The position numbers were made by a program, and so were the translations under genes. A stretch of 64,000 nt of DNA from Peptococcaceae bacterium (GTDB lineage: Bacteria > Bacillota > Desulfotomaculia > Desulfotomaculales > JACDOK01), in the NCBI GenBank assembly GCA_017656185.1, contig JACDOK010000008.1, positions 2,093 to 66,092 on the forward strand. The letters run 5' to 3'. Numbering within the stretch: position 1 is the first letter of the stretch; each line of letters opens with the position of its first letter. Below the pieces are notes generated by a model that worked only from the letters and a program-made list of their open reading frames with translations, did not search any database and had not been told where the DNA came from. Of this stretch, positions 38,875-49,703 are shown piece after piece.

Positions 38875-40011
38875 CTAATGCCTCTTTCCGAAATAGTCTT
38901 CGTAAATATAAACCAGCTCTTTATCAAACAGCGACCGCTTCAAGGAAACAGCGGTTGCTCTTACTACCGGTAACAACTCTTGAGCCTGGTGCCGGGTAAG
39001 GTGGATACCGTACTCTGCAAACTTGGCCCTTACAGCAGCGGTACCGGAGTGTTTTCCTATCACCATTTGGCGCTGCAAACCAACCTCTTCCGGTGAAAAA
39101 GCTTCGTAAGTATGGGGGTGTTTCAACATCCCGTCGGCATGGATACCAGATTCATGGGCAAACATATTAGATCCGACGATGGCCTTCCAGGCCGGCAGTT
39201 CCCTACCTGAAGCCCGGGAGACATATTCCGCAATATCACGGAAAATTTCCGTTTTAAAGTGCAAATCATAGTTGAAGATGTATTTTAAGGCCATGACCAC
39301 TTCCTCCAAAGCGGCGTTGCCTGCACGCTCACCCAGGCCGAGAACGGTTACCCCGACATAATTCGCTCCGGCCTTAACCCCCGCCAAGGCATTGGCCGTA
39401 GCCATACCAAAGTCGTTGTGGGTATGCATTTCTACCTCGATACCTACTTGATCTATAATAGCCCTAACCTTTTCATAAGTTGAAAACGGATCCAAAATGC
39501 CTACCGTGTCACAGTAACGCAAACGGTCGGCACCGGCCTCTTTGGCCGCCAAAGCGAAACGAACTAAAAAATCATGATCACTGCGTGAAGCATCCTCCGC
39601 ATTGACGGAAACATACAACCCTTCCTTTTTAGCAAACTCCACAGCTTTGGTCATTTGCTCAATAACCCAATCCCTGCTGGCCTGCAGTTTGTATTTAATA
39701 TGGATATCCGACGTTGAGATGGAGATGGCGACAGCATCACAACCACAGGCTATGGAAGTCTCAATATCCTTAATTACCGGCCGGTTCCAGCCCATAATAC
39801 TGGCCTTGAGTCCCAATTTGCAAATTTCCGTTATGGCCTTTTGCTCGTCTCCACCCATAACCGGGATACCTGCCTCAATCTGGTGGACCCCTAACTCGTC
39901 AAGCAACTTAGCAATTCGCACCTTTTCATAATTGGCAAATACCACACCCGCCGTTTGTTCTCCATCACGAAGTGTGGTATCTACCACCGTAATACGGCGA
40001 TCTTCAGTCAT
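38875..40011 (-). CDS. homocitrate synthase / Re-citrate synthase / short isopropylmalate-synthase-family enzyme (no LeuA regulatory domain)
   Basis: 378 aa with VVDTTLRDGEQTAGV, HTHNDFGMATAN and the DRE-TIM metallolyase fold. Length is typical of NifV/AksA-like enzymes. Confidence 0.8.
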   Translation of the reverse strand: MTEDRRITVVDTTLRDGEQTAGVVFANYEKVRIAKLLDELGVHQIEAGIPVMGGDEQKAITEICKLGLKASIMGWNRPVIKDIETSIACGCDAVAISISTSDIHIKYKLQASRDWVIEQMTKAVEFAKKEGLYVSVNAEDASRSDHDFLVRFALAAKEAGADRLRYCDTVGILDPFSTYEKVRAIIDQVGIEVEMHTHNDFGMATANALAGVKAGANYVGVTVLGLGERAGNAALEEVVMALKYIFNYDLHFKTEIFRDIAEYVSRASGRELPAWKAIVGSNMFAHESGIHADGMLKHPHTYEAFSPEEVGLQRQMVIGKHSGTAAVRAKFAEYGIHLTRHQAQELLPVVRATAVSLKRSLFDKELVYIYEDYFGKRH

Positions 40012-40124
40012 ATATCTCCCTCCTTTTAATGTCGTATTGTACGACTAGTAAAATGTGTTTTTTACCAGTCAATTAATGATAAATAGATATATAGATAATG
40101 GTTTGCAGGTACCTGCGTGGGGAC

Positions 40125-41564
40125 CTAATTCAACTTTTTGCGTAGAAGCTGGTTGACTATGGCGGGGTTGGCCTTGCCCTTAGTGGCCTTCATAACTTGA
40201 CCCACTAAAAATCCCAGGGCCTTTTCTTTACCATTGCGGTAATCGTTTACCGACTTCGGATTATCGGCAATAACTTGATCAATAATCGGTTCAATAGACC
40301 CTTCGTCGGTGATTTGTCTTAAGCCTTTCTCTTCTACGATAACGTCCGGATCTTTCCCAGTTGCAAACATTTCCTCTAATACGGTTTTGCCAATTTTGCC
40401 GCTGATAACATTCTTATCTATCAGTTTAAGCATTGCTACCAACTGCCGCGGTTTTACCGGGCAGTTTTCAATTTCAACGTTATGAGCATTTAGGAGACGG
40501 GCCAGGTCGCCCATAATCCAGTTACTTACCACTTTGGGATAGGGATAGAGATCTACACAGGCCTCAAAATAATCCGCTACCTCACGAGAACTTGTTAAAA
40601 CACCCGCATCATACGGCGGCAAATCAAATTCCTTTACGTAGCGTTCCTTGCGCTCATCCGGCAATTCCGGGAGACTTTTTCGTATACTATCCACCCAGGA
40701 CGAACTAATGACAAGCGGGACTAAGTCCGGCTCCGGGAAATAACGGTAGTCGTGTGCTTCCTCTTTGCTGCGCATTGGTAATGTAATGCCTTTACCTTCA
40801 TCCCAGGTCCTGGTTTCCTGGACGATTTCCCCTCCACTTTCCAATACCTCAATTTGGCGCTCTATTTCATAAGACAAGGCTTTCTGCAGGGCCCTGAAAG
40901 AGTTCATATTCTTTATTTCCGTTTTGGTTCCTAACCTATCGGAACCAACCGGGCGTACCGAAACATTGGCATCACACCGTAAAGAACCCTCTTCCATTTT
41001 ACAGTCCGAAACACCGGTATATTGAATAATTGCTTTAAGCTTATTCAAATAAGACTTGGCCTCTTCCACTGATGATATATCAGGTTCTGATACAATCTCT
41101 AACAAGGGGACGCCGGTCCGGTTATAATCTACCAGAGAGTAAGGTGTGGTAGAAATAGTGCCCTGGTGTACCAATTTACCGGCATCCTCCTCCATATGGA
41201 CGCGGGTAATACCGATTTTTTTCGGGCCATTTTCCCCTTCAATTAAAATGTAACCGTTGAAAGCCAAGGGGAGGTCGTACTGGGAAATCTGGTAATTTTT
41301 CGGTAAATCGGGATAGTAATAGTTTTTACGATCAAACTTGCAAAAATGAGCAATCTCACAGTTAAGGGCCAGAGCTGCTCGTATACCGAACTCGACCACT
41401 TGCTTGTTCAAAACCGGCAATACCCCCGGCAACCCCAAGCACACGGGGCATACATGCGTGTTAGGATCTCCACCGAAAGCCGTAGTAGAGGGGCAAAATA
41501 TTTTGGACTTGCTAGCCAGTTCAACGTGTACTTCCAACCCGATAACTGGTTCATAGGAAGCCAT
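40125..41564 (-). CDS. gatB: Asp-tRNA(Asn)/Glu-tRNA(Gln) amidotransferase subunit B
   Basis: 479 aa. [14 protein letters not shown]-terminus. gatCAB order. Confidence 0.95.
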   Translation of the reverse strand: MASYEPVIGLEVHVELASKSKIFCPSTTAFGGDPNTHVCPVCLGLPGVLPVLNKQVVEFGIRAALALNCEIAHFCKFDRKNYYYPDLPKNYQISQYDLPLAFNGYILIEGENGPKKIGITRVHMEEDAGKLVHQGTISTTPYSLVDYNRTGVPLLEIVSEPDISSVEEAKSYLNKLKAIIQYTGVSDCKMEEGSLRCDANVSVRPVGSDRLGTKTEIKNMNSFRALQKALSYEIERQIEVLESGGEIVQETRTWDEGKGITLPMRSKEEAHDYRYFPEPDLVPLVISSSWVDSIRKSLPELPDERKERYVKEFDLPPYDAGVLTSSREVADYFEACVDLYPYPKVVSNWIMGDLARLLNAHNVEIENCPVKPRQLVAMLKLIDKNVISGKIGKTVLEEMFATGKDPDVIVEEKGLRQITDEGSIEPIIDQVIADNPKSVNDYRNGKEKALGFLVGQVMKATKGKANPAIVNQLLRKKLN

Positions 41565-43037
41565 CTACAGCACCTCCTCGACTATGGGCGGACGCTTACC
41601 ACGATAATTAGAACTCTGTTCAAAACTATAAGCAACCCTGAGAAGTGTACCCTCGCCCAAAGGTTTACCAATAAACTGCACCCCGACTGGAAGCCCGTTT
41701 CTAAACCCGCCAGGCACCGAGATGGCCGGTAACCCTGCCAAATTCACAGCCAAAGTATAAATATCAGACATATACATTGTTAGAGGATCGTCAATTTTTT
41801 CCCCTTTGCGAAAAGCCGGTGTAGGTGTAGTAGGGGATATCAAGACGTCACAATTTTCAAAAGCCGCCTCAAAATCACGCTTTATAAGGGTGCGGACTTT
41901 CAGAGCCTTTAAATAATAGGCATCATAATACCCTGCCGATAAGGCATACGAACCGAGCATAATACGCCGTTTAACCTCATCGCCGAAGCCGCGGCTCCGG
42001 CTCTTAATGAACATGTCCACAACATCATCGGCATCGTCAGCACGATAGCCGTAACGTACCCCGTCATAACGGGCCAGATTGGAACTGGCCTCGCCCGGAG
42101 CAATGAGATAATAAGCCGGCAAGGCATAATCGGTATGAGGTAAAGTTGTCTCAACAATATTGGCCCCTAAGGTCTCCAGTGTCGCAATGGCTTTTTCAAT
42201 AATCTCTCGTACTTCCGGACTCAGTCCTTCTGTGAAATACTCTTTGGGAACCCCTACCCGCAAGCCCTTAATATCGTCGACCAAAAAAGTGGTAAAATCG
42301 GGATAATCAGTAGGTATTGATGTTGAATCCCATCTGTCATGGCCGCATATTGCATTTAACATCAGAGCAGCATCGGTAACATCCCTGGTCATCGGTCCGA
42401 TCTGATCGAGGGACGACGCAAAAGCTACTAGGCCGAAGCGTGATACCGCGCCATATGTGGGTTTCATCCCTACTACGCCGCAAAAAGCCGCCGGCTGGCG
42501 GATCGACCCCCCGGTATCAGATCCCAGCGCACAGATAGCTTCCCCCGCCGCTACCGCCGCCGCAGACCCTCCACTTGACCCTCCGGGTACCCTGTCAAGT
42601 GCCCACGGATTAGAGGTAGGGAAAAAGCCTGAGTTTTCGGTGGAAGACCCCATAGCAAATTCATCCATGTTAGTTTTACCTGTAATGATTACTTTTTGGG
42701 AATGCAGTTTGTTTATTACAGTAGCGTTATAGGGAGGAACAAAATTATGCAGTATTTTTGAAGCACACGTTGTACGCAGCCCCTCCGTACAAATGTTATC
42801 TTTAATTGCTACCGGAATGCCGGTTAAAGGCCCCGGCTCAGCACCCTGGCTGATTTCCTGGTCAATGTCACGGGCCCGCATCAGGGCTTCTTCCTCAATC
42901 ACAGTAATGTAGGCCTTAATTTTTTTATCCAACAGTTTTATACGCTTAAAAATGGAACGACATATGTCCTCACAAGAGATCTCACGCCGCACCAGCATAT
43001 CGTGCAGTTCGTGGGCCGTGTAATCACAGAGTTCCAA
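41565..43037 (-). CDS. gatA: Asp-tRNA(Asn)/Glu-tRNA(Gln) amidotransferase subunit A
   Basis: 490 aa with the amidase signature [14 protein letters not shown]. Confidence 0.95.
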   Translation of the reverse strand: MELCDYTAHELHDMLVRREISCEDICRSIFKRIKLLDKKIKAYITVIEEEALMRARDIDQEISQGAEPGPLTGIPVAIKDNICTEGLRTTCASKILHNFVPPYNATVINKLHSQKVIITGKTNMDEFAMGSSTENSGFFPTSNPWALDRVPGGSSGGSAAAVAAGEAICALGSDTGGSIRQPAAFCGVVGMKPTYGAVSRFGLVAFASSLDQIGPMTRDVTDAALMLNAICGHDRWDSTSIPTDYPDFTTFLVDDIKGLRVGVPKEYFTEGLSPEVREIIEKAIATLETLGANIVETTLPHTDYALPAYYLIAPGEASSNLARYDGVRYGYRADDADDVVDMFIKSRSRGFGDEVKRRIMLGSYALSAGYYDAYYLKALKVRTLIKRDFEAAFENCDVLISPTTPTPAFRKGEKIDDPLTMYMSDIYTLAVNLAGLPAISVPGGFRNGLPVGVQFIGKPLGEGTLLRVAYSFEQSSNYRGKRPPIVEEVL

Positions 43038-43051
43038 AATGTGATCACTCC

Positions 43052-43342
43052 TTAAAGAATGCGCGGAACTTTGAAAAAGTTATCTTCCCGGTCGGGAGCA
43101 TTGGCAAGTACTTTTTCCGGAGGCAAATGTTCGCCTACCTCATCCTCGCGAAAAACATTTTGCAGCGGTACCACGTGGGCCGTGGGTGGAATGTTTTCGG
43201 TATCTAGTTCTTGTAGTTTAGCGGCATAATCAAGGATTTTCGCGAGCTGCCTGCGATACATTTCTTTTTCTTCCGGCGTTAATTCCAATCGCGACAAAAG
43301 GGCTACGTGTTCGACATCGGCTATTGTAAGCAACACTGTCAC
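43052..43342 (-). CDS. gatC: Asp-tRNA(Asn)/Glu-tRNA(Gln) amidotransferase subunit C
   Basis: 96 aa. [16 protein letters not shown] is the typical GatC start. Confidence 0.92.
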   Translation of the reverse strand: MTVLLTIADVEHVALLSRLELTPEEKEMYRRQLAKILDYAAKLQELDTENIPPTAHVVPLQNVFREDEVGEHLPPEKVLANAPDREDNFFKVPRIL

Positions 43343-43379
43343 CTACCTGTCAAAACTTATCACATTATACCAAAGCATG

Positions 43380-45086
43380 CTACTGAGTGGCAAGCTTCTC
43401 GGCGGCGCGCCGCCGTAGTTCCCGCGCATGTTGACGTACAGCGGAGGTTATACCGCGTCCGCCCAACATCCTGGTAAGCTCGTCCAACCGTCCCTCATCA
43501 TCAAGTGTTTCAATACGTGTATAGGTACGTTTACCATCATTCTCCTTGGTTATTTTCAGATGCTGGTTGGCAAAACAGGCGATTTGAGGAGCGTGGGTCA
43601 CGCAGATAACCTGACGTTTTTGGCCAATAGCAGCCATCTTTTCGGCCACCGCATTTAGCACACGACCTCCAATACCGGCATCAACCTCGTCAAAAATCAA
43701 GGTCGGCACCTCATCAACGGAAGACAGCAAGTTTTTAAAAGCCAGCATTACCCGGGAAAGCTCGCCACCGGATGCAATCTTAGCCAAAGGCCTGGCGGGT
43801 TCACCGGGATTAGGAGAAAATAGAAAAGCAATGTCCTCCGCGCCCCGCGGGTGGGGACCCTCTACCGGTCGAAAATCCACTTGAAATTGCACGTTTGCAA
43901 CTTCCAAATCGCGCAGTTCCCGTACAACTCCTTTGATTAACGCACGTGCCACCTCGCGGCGTATACGGCTCAGACCGGCAGCCGCCTCCCTCCAGTCCTT
44001 TTCCAACTGGGTTAAGCGTTCTTTGAGTTGGGAAACCTTCTCATCGCTGTACATTAACTCCTCGCGCTCACTGGCTATTTTGTCCCGGTAACGCAGAATA
44101 TCTTCAATGCTGTCGCCGTATTTTTGCTGCAATTTACCGATCAAATCCAATCTTTCCTCAACGTAGTTGAGCCGTGAAGCATCAAAATCGGTTCTTTCAA
44201 CAATATCCGCTATGTCGCGGGCAACTTCCTGTACCTGGTATATTACGGCATCCAGCCGTTCTGTAAGATCACTGCCGCCTTCGATAAAGGAAGCAATTTG
44301 CCTTAAGCTATCCACAGCTTGTCCTAGTAGATCCATTGCCGACATTTGCTCGTGCATGCCGCCGTACAGAACTGCGTAACTCTCCCCGGCATAACGAGCA
44401 ATGTTTTCGGCATTAACTAAAAACAAACGTTCTTTTTCCAGCTCTTCGTCTTCTCCGGGTTGTAACCGGGCGGCATCAATCTCTTCTATTTGAAACTTCA
44501 AAGCATCAAGACGCCTGGCCCTCTCTTTTTCATCTCCTATTAGTTTTTGGTATTCCTTTCTTGCCCGGATCCAGTTCTCATATAACATGGCCGTCTTTTT
44601 AAGATAATCTCCCAACCGGGCTCCACCGAAAGCGTCCAGAAACCGGCAATGGTTTTCTTCCTTTAGAAGAGACTGCTGTTCACCCTGCCCGTGAAAATCA
44701 ACCAGCTTCTGACCTACCTCCCGGTACAAGGCAAGGGTACAGGTACGACCGTTAATACGATAAATGCTTCTTCCGCTGCGGTACAGGTTCCGTCCCAAAA
44801 TTAAAAACCCTTCCTGTAATGGAATGTCATTTTGCTCTAACCAGTTGACTAAGTGGGGATATTGTTCAATATCAAAAACGGCTTCCAATATGGCTTGGTC
44901 AGCACCTGTCCGCACATAATCCGCCGAAGCCCGCCGGCCTAAGACTACCTGTACGGCATCAATCACGAGTGATTTTCCGGTACCCGTCTCTCCCGTTAGC
45001 ACATTAAATCCCTGCGTAAATTCTATAACCAGATCGTCAAGCAAGGCGAAATCTTTCACCGCCAGTCTGCAAAGCATCTCCCTCAC
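43380..45086 (-). CDS. recN: DNA repair protein RecN
   Basis: 568 aa with the Walker A GETGTGKS, a long coiled coil and the C-terminal ASGGELSRVMLA signature. The start is either GTG at 45086 (overlapping the argR stop) or ATG at 45077. Confidence 0.94.
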   Translation of the reverse strand: MREMLCRLAVKDFALLDDLVIEFTQGFNVLTGETGTGKSLVIDAVQVVLGRRASADYVRTGADQAILEAVFDIEQYPHLVNWLEQNDIPLQEGFLILGRNLYRSGRSIYRINGRTCTLALYREVGQKLVDFHGQGEQQSLLKEENHCRFLDAFGGARLGDYLKKTAMLYENWIRARKEYQKLIGDEKERARRLDALKFQIEEIDAARLQPGEDEELEKERLFLVNAENIARYAGESYAVLYGGMHEQMSAMDLLGQAVDSLRQIASFIEGGSDLTERLDAVIYQVQEVARDIADIVERTDFDASRLNYVEERLDLIGKLQQKYGDSIEDILRYRDKIASEREELMYSDEKVSQLKERLTQLEKDWREAAAGLSRIRREVARALIKGVVRELRDLEVANVQFQVDFRPVEGPHPRGAEDIAFLFSPNPGEPARPLAKIASGGELSRVMLAFKNLLSSVDEVPTLIFDEVDAGIGGRVLNAVAEKMAAIGQKRQVICVTHAPQIACFANQHLKITKENDGKRTYTRIETLDDEGRLDELTRMLGGRGITSAVRQHARELRRRAAEKLATQ

Positions 45087-45535
45087 CCTTCGATAAAAGA
45101 TCGGAGTCGTGCCGCAATCTCCCGTGCTTTTTCTTTGGGCTTAATAACAACCAGTATGGTATCGTCACCCGCAACACTACCCAAAATTTGGGGCCACCTA
45201 GCCCCGTCAAGCCCTGAGGCTACCCCCTGAGCCGCACCCGGCAGGGTCTTTACAAGCACTAAATTATCACTGTAATCCACATCCCAGACATAATCCCTGA
45301 AAAGGCGCCGTAATCGATCTTCACCAACACGGGAAACTGACTCGCCCGGTATCAGGTAGCGCACCCTATGACCGTCGGAAGCCTTGACCAATCCCATTTC
45401 TTTAATATCGCGGGACACCGTAGCTTGTGTTACGTTAAATCCCGACCGGCGTAAAGCTTCTGTCAATTCACCCTGGGTGCTAATCACCTGCTCCCTTATT
45501 AACTGGCGTATCATTTGTTGCCTTCTGGCTTTCAA
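45083..45535 (-). CDS. argR: arginine repressor
   Basis: KARRQQMIRQLIREQVISTQGELTEAL parallels the AhrC N-terminus, with the C-terminal GDDTILV motif. The TTG at 45535 follows an AAGGTGG SD and gives 150 aa; the track start is 45559. Confidence 0.88.
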   Translation of the reverse strand: MKARRQQMIRQLIREQVISTQGELTEALRRSGFNVTQATVSRDIKEMGLVKASDGHRVRYLIPGESVSRVGEDRLRRLFRDYVWDVDYSDNLVLVKTLPGAAQGVASGLDGARWPQILGSVAGDDTILVVIKPKEKAREIAARLRSFIEG

Positions 45536-46121
45536 CGGTAGAACCCACCTTTTCCACAATAATCAAAAACGGGGCCGCCGCGGAAGAATTGTGGGCTGTT
45601 AACCTGAGTACAGCATAGTGCTGTCCCGGCAAAACGCGACAGAAATCATCCACTCCTTGGGCCTCAACTTTACCACCCTCGTGCCCGGGGTAATTGAGGA
45701 TACTGAGCCTGCCTCCGTGCCGAAGCAGAGACAGTGCCGCTCTTAACGCTTTTAAGGTGGTTGGAAGGTTTGTAATGATACTTTTATCACTACCCGGGAG
45801 GTATCCCAAGTTAAACATGCATGCATCAACGGGTTCCTTAACGTATCGCGCCATATGTTCATGGCCATCCCAAATAAGTCGTACTTGCTCCAAAGCTTGG
45901 TGTTTTCGCAAAAGATCACTGGTCAACTGCAAAGCCGACTTCTGAACGTCGAAGGCATAAACCGTACCCTGAGACCCTACTCGTTGTGCCAAAAACAAGG
46001 TATCATGACCCTTTCCCGCCGTAGCATCAATGGCTGTGCCACCTATGGAGAGAACATCACCAATGAACCGCTGGGCCAGATCAACCATCCGGGTAATGTT
46101 GCTTTTAACCATCATAAACAT
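45480..46121 (-). CDS. class I SAM-dependent methyltransferase (YtqB-like putative RNA methylase)
   Basis: 213 aa with AIDATAGKGHDTLFLA (SAM-binding motif I) and VYAFDVQ. Confidence 0.7.
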   Translation of the reverse strand: MFMMVKSNITRMVDLAQRFIGDVLSIGGTAIDATAGKGHDTLFLAQRVGSQGTVYAFDVQKSALQLTSDLLRKHQALEQVRLIWDGHEHMARYVKEPVDACMFNLGYLPGSDKSIITNLPTTLKALRAALSLLRHGGRLSILNYPGHEGGKVEAQGVDDFCRVLPGQHYAVLRLTAHNSSAAAPFLIIVEKVGSTVESQKATNDTPVNKGAGD

Positions 46122-46965
46122 TCCGGCTAAGCTTGTTTTGAACCAATTGAAAGAAGTTTCCGTGCTTAAAACGAACTAGTTTGGTATGAAAAGGTGCACT
46201 GGTGATTACCACCTCGTCACCTTCCCTCAAAGGGTAGGTTTTTTGCCCGTCAAGTACTAAGATACCCCCTTGTCGTAATCCCGTAAACGTGATATGAATA
46301 CGACAATCTATGTCAACTAATAAAGGGCGCAAAGACATAGTATGCGGGCAAAGAGGAGTAAGAAGTATAGCCTTAACATTGGGAGTTACCAAAGGTCCAC
46401 CAGCTGATAAAGCATATGCCGTAGAACCTGTAGGCGTAGAGACTACTACCCCGTCACCCAAAAAACGAGCCCAGGTGTTTCCGTCAACATCAACCTTTAA
46501 CCCTACGGGCCTTAACAGAGTCCCTCTGGACAATACGGCATCATTAAGGCAATATGCCTGAAAAACCTTTTTACCGGCCCGTAAAACTTCTGCCGCAAGC
46601 ATTCCCCTTTCGTCAATCATATAGTTTCCATCAATTAGTTTTGGTATCGTGGACGGAAATTCGTGAAATTCCAGCTCACTAAGGAACCCCAACCTGCCAA
46701 ATTTAATACCCAGTATCGGTATCCCCTTTGCCGCCACCAGGCGGGCACTGCTTAAAATGGTACCGTCACCACCCAGGGCGATCACCAGATCAATCCCCTG
46801 CAACTCTTCCTGACAGCAAACATCAAAGTCAAAATTGGCAGGCGCGCAATCAAATAACGACACTGCCAAACCATGATTCCGTAACAGGGATATAATCTCA
46901 TTTAATGCCTGCTGCAACTTACCGTCCGTTATATTATGATTACAAACCAGGGTTACCTTTTTCAT
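46105..46965 (-). CDS. nadK: NAD(+) kinase
   Basis: 286 aa with the GGDGT motif (ALGGDGTILS) and STPTGSTAYALSAGGP. Confidence 0.93.
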   Translation of the reverse strand: MKKVTLVCNHNITDGKLQQALNEIISLLRNHGLAVSLFDCAPANFDFDVCCQEELQGIDLVIALGGDGTILSSARLVAAKGIPILGIKFGRLGFLSELEFHEFPSTIPKLIDGNYMIDERGMLAAEVLRAGKKVFQAYCLNDAVLSRGTLLRPVGLKVDVDGNTWARFLGDGVVVSTPTGSTAYALSAGGPLVTPNVKAILLTPLCPHTMSLRPLLVDIDCRIHITFTGLRQGGILVLDGQKTYPLREGDEVVITSAPFHTKLVRFKHGNFFQLVQNKLSRNVYDG

Positions 46966-47780
46966 CGGGATCCACCTTTACCCAGTTTAGAATGCGCCTC
47001 CCGTACTAAAACCGCAATATTGCCCTGAAAATCTTCTGACTCCTGTTGTTTACTAAAATACACTAAATATTCGATATTTCCTTCAGGTCCTTTAATGGGG
47101 GAATAAGTTATTCCGCAGGTGGTCCATCCCAGTTTTTTAATAAAAGCAAGGATGTTCGATAAAACCTCTATATGAACGCCAGGATCTTTAACAACACCTT
47201 TCCGACCCACTTTTTCCCGTCCGGCTTCAAATTGCGGTTTCACCAGGAGAATACCATGGGCATCTCTGGTAATTAGGCGGTCAATGTTGGGTAGGATTTT
47301 GGTCAGGGAAATAAAGGAAACATCTACCGTCACGAAGTTGGGAGCTTCATCCAGTTGTTCACAAGACATATATCGTATGTTCACTCGTTCCAGGGGTACC
47401 ACGCGCGGGTCTTGCCGAAGTTTCCAAGCCAGTTGGCCGTAACCCACATCTACCGCATAAACTTTGCGTGCCCCATTCTGCAAAACGCAGTCGGTAAAAC
47501 CTCCTGTTGAGGCCCCCACATCCAAAACCGTTTTATCATTTAAATCAATATTAAAAACCTTGAGTGCTTTAGCAAGCTTTAAACCACCGCGGCTAACAAA
47601 CGGCAGATCATTACCTTTTATCACCACTTCCGACTCCATACTGACGGCCTTACCGGGTTTGTCAACACGTTGACCATTAACAAAAACGTGCCCGGCCATA
47701 ATAACCGACCGGGCCCTTTCACGGCTTGGACATAATCCCTTTTTAACAAGCAGGACATCTAACCGTACTTTATCTGCCAT
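46962..47780 (-). CDS. tlyA: TlyA-family rRNA (cytidine-2'-O)-methyltransferase
   Basis: 272 aa with an N-terminal S4 domain (RLDVLLVKKGL) and an FtsJ-type MTase (VLDVGASTGGFTD). Confidence 0.9.
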   Translation of the reverse strand: MADKVRLDVLLVKKGLCPSRERARSVIMAGHVFVNGQRVDKPGKAVSMESEVVIKGNDLPFVSRGGLKLAKALKVFNIDLNDKTVLDVGASTGGFTDCVLQNGARKVYAVDVGYGQLAWKLRQDPRVVPLERVNIRYMSCEQLDEAPNFVTVDVSFISLTKILPNIDRLITRDAHGILLVKPQFEAGREKVGRKGVVKDPGVHIEVLSNILAFIKKLGWTTCGITYSPIKGPEGNIEYLVYFSKQQESEDFQGNIAVLVREAHSKLGKGGSR

Positions 47781-47783
47781 ACG

Positions 47784-49685
47784 CTACCTCTGTTTTAAAG
47801 CCAGCCTGAAATTGGCACGTCGCAATTCAGTCTGAACGGTTTGTGCCACGCCGTCTACGCTCAGTCCATATTTCTCCCGCAGGATATCTGGTGCACCGTG
47901 TTCCACAAAAACATCCGGGATCCCTATCATTTTGATTTTGACATTACTAATTCCCTTAGCGACTAGAAGTTCCAATACGGCACTACCGAAACCTCCGCTT
48001 AATACATTTTCCTCAAGGGTAAATAATTGGCCGGTCTTCTTGATACTATTGATAATAGTTTCAGCATCCAAAGGCTTGACAAAACGCGCATTAATAACGG
48101 TCAGGTCATAGCCTTTTTCGGCTAAATGCTCTGCCACCTTTACTGCAACGGGAACCATGTTGCCGATGGCGAGAAGGGTAGCATCCTTACCACTACGGAG
48201 TACCTCAGCCTGACCAATCGGTAAAGGTTTTAGTTCCTGGTCAAGCGGACATCCCGTACCTGCACCTCTGGGATAACGTATGGCCATCGGCCCTTGGTAC
48301 TCGACGGCTGTCTTAAGCATGTGCTGCAGCTCATTTTCATCTTTAGGAGCAGCTACCACCAGGTTAGGAATCATTCGTAGATATGAATAGTCAAATAGAC
48401 CATGATGGGTTGGACCGTCTTGACCTACAATACCGCCACGATCAAGCGCAAACGTCACGGGCAGTTTTTGCAGGCAGACATCGTGCAAAATCTGGTCAAA
48501 GGCCCGCTGAAGAAACGTTGAATATATCGCTACCACAGGCTTATAACCCTCTGCGGCTAATCCTGCTGCGAAAGTTACCGCGTGCTGCTCAGCTATTCCC
48601 ACATCAAAAAACCGGTCAGGAAATCGTTTTGCAAAACTTGTTAATCCGGTGCCATCGGTCATGGCCGCCGTAATAGCCGCAATGTGATCGTCTTCTTCCG
48701 CCAAATTAACTATAGTCCGTCCGAAAACCTGAGTATAGGATACTCGTGAACTTTTTTTATTTTTACCATTAAAAACATCAAAGGGGCCCACGCCGTGAAA
48801 TTTACCCGGATCTTTCTCCGCTGCTTCATAACCCTTTCCTTTCTGCGTTAAAGCATGCACTAAAACCGGTTCGTCGGCGGCTTTCGCTTGGTTTAAGACC
48901 TCGATTAAATCCTTAATACTATGACCATTAACGGGCCCCAGATAAGTAAATCCCAGTTCTTCAAAAAACATTCCCGGTACCACTAAGTATTTAAAACTGT
49001 CCTTAACCCTTTCAACCCACCTAAGCATCCGCGGCCCAATGCTGGGCACCCGGCGCAGTAAACTCTCAAATTCGTCCTTTCCACGGGTATACATTGGATC
49101 GGTGCGCAGGCGGGACAAATATCCGGAGAGGGCCCCTACATTGGGTGCAATTGACATTTCGTTATCATTGAGGACTACGATCAAGCGTTTTTTGAGGTGG
49201 CCCGCGTGATCTAAGGCTTCAAAAGCCATTCCCCCGGTCATGGCCCCATCGCCTATCACAGCCACTACCGAGTGTTTGTGGCCTGACAGATCACGGGCCA
49301 ACGCCATTCCCAGAGCCGCAGATATGGAGGTACTGCTGTGTCCCGTACCAAAAGGATCAAAAGGACTCTCCCACCGACAGGGAAAGCCGCTCAAACCTCC
49401 AAACTGTCTTAAAGAATCGAAACACTCCCGGCGCCCGGTGATAATCTTATGGGCATAACATTGATGACCAACGTCCCAGATAATGCGATCTGCCGGAGCA
49501 TCAAAGACCCGGTGTAAAGCCAAAGTCAATTCAACAACCCCTAAACTAGGCGCTAGGTGCCCACCGGTATGGCTGACCGTTTGGATAATAAATTCTCTAA
49601 TCTCGCCGGCAAGCTGTTTTAATTCATCCAGTGATAAAGACTTTAGGTCTTTAGGACTATTAATTTTGTTTAAAATGTTTCCCAA
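47784..49685 (-). CDS. dxs: 1-deoxy-D-xylulose-5-phosphate synthase
   Basis: 633 aa with [14 protein letters not shown] and the ThDP motif [14 protein letters not shown]...NDN. Confidence 0.96.
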   Translation of the reverse strand: MGNILNKINSPKDLKSLSLDELKQLAGEIREFIIQTVSHTGGHLAPSLGVVELTLALHRVFDAPADRIIWDVGHQCYAHKIITGRRECFDSLRQFGGLSGFPCRWESPFDPFGTGHSSTSISAALGMALARDLSGHKHSVVAVIGDGAMTGGMAFEALDHAGHLKKRLIVVLNDNEMSIAPNVGALSGYLSRLRTDPMYTRGKDEFESLLRRVPSIGPRMLRWVERVKDSFKYLVVPGMFFEELGFTYLGPVNGHSIKDLIEVLNQAKAADEPVLVHALTQKGKGYEAAEKDPGKFHGVGPFDVFNGKNKKSSRVSYTQVFGRTIVNLAEEDDHIAAITAAMTDGTGLTSFAKRFPDRFFDVGIAEQHAVTFAAGLAAEGYKPVVAIYSTFLQRAFDQILHDVCLQKLPVTFALDRGGIVGQDGPTHHGLFDYSYLRMIPNLVVAAPKDENELQHMLKTAVEYQGPMAIRYPRGAGTGCPLDQELKPLPIGQAEVLRSGKDATLLAIGNMVPVAVKVAEHLAEKGYDLTVINARFVKPLDAETIINSIKKTGQLFTLEENVLSGGFGSAVLELLVAKGISNVKIKMIGIPDVFVEHGAPDILREKYGLSVDGVAQTVQTELRRANFRLALKQR

Positions 49686-49703
49686 AAGAAATACACCTCT
49701 TAA

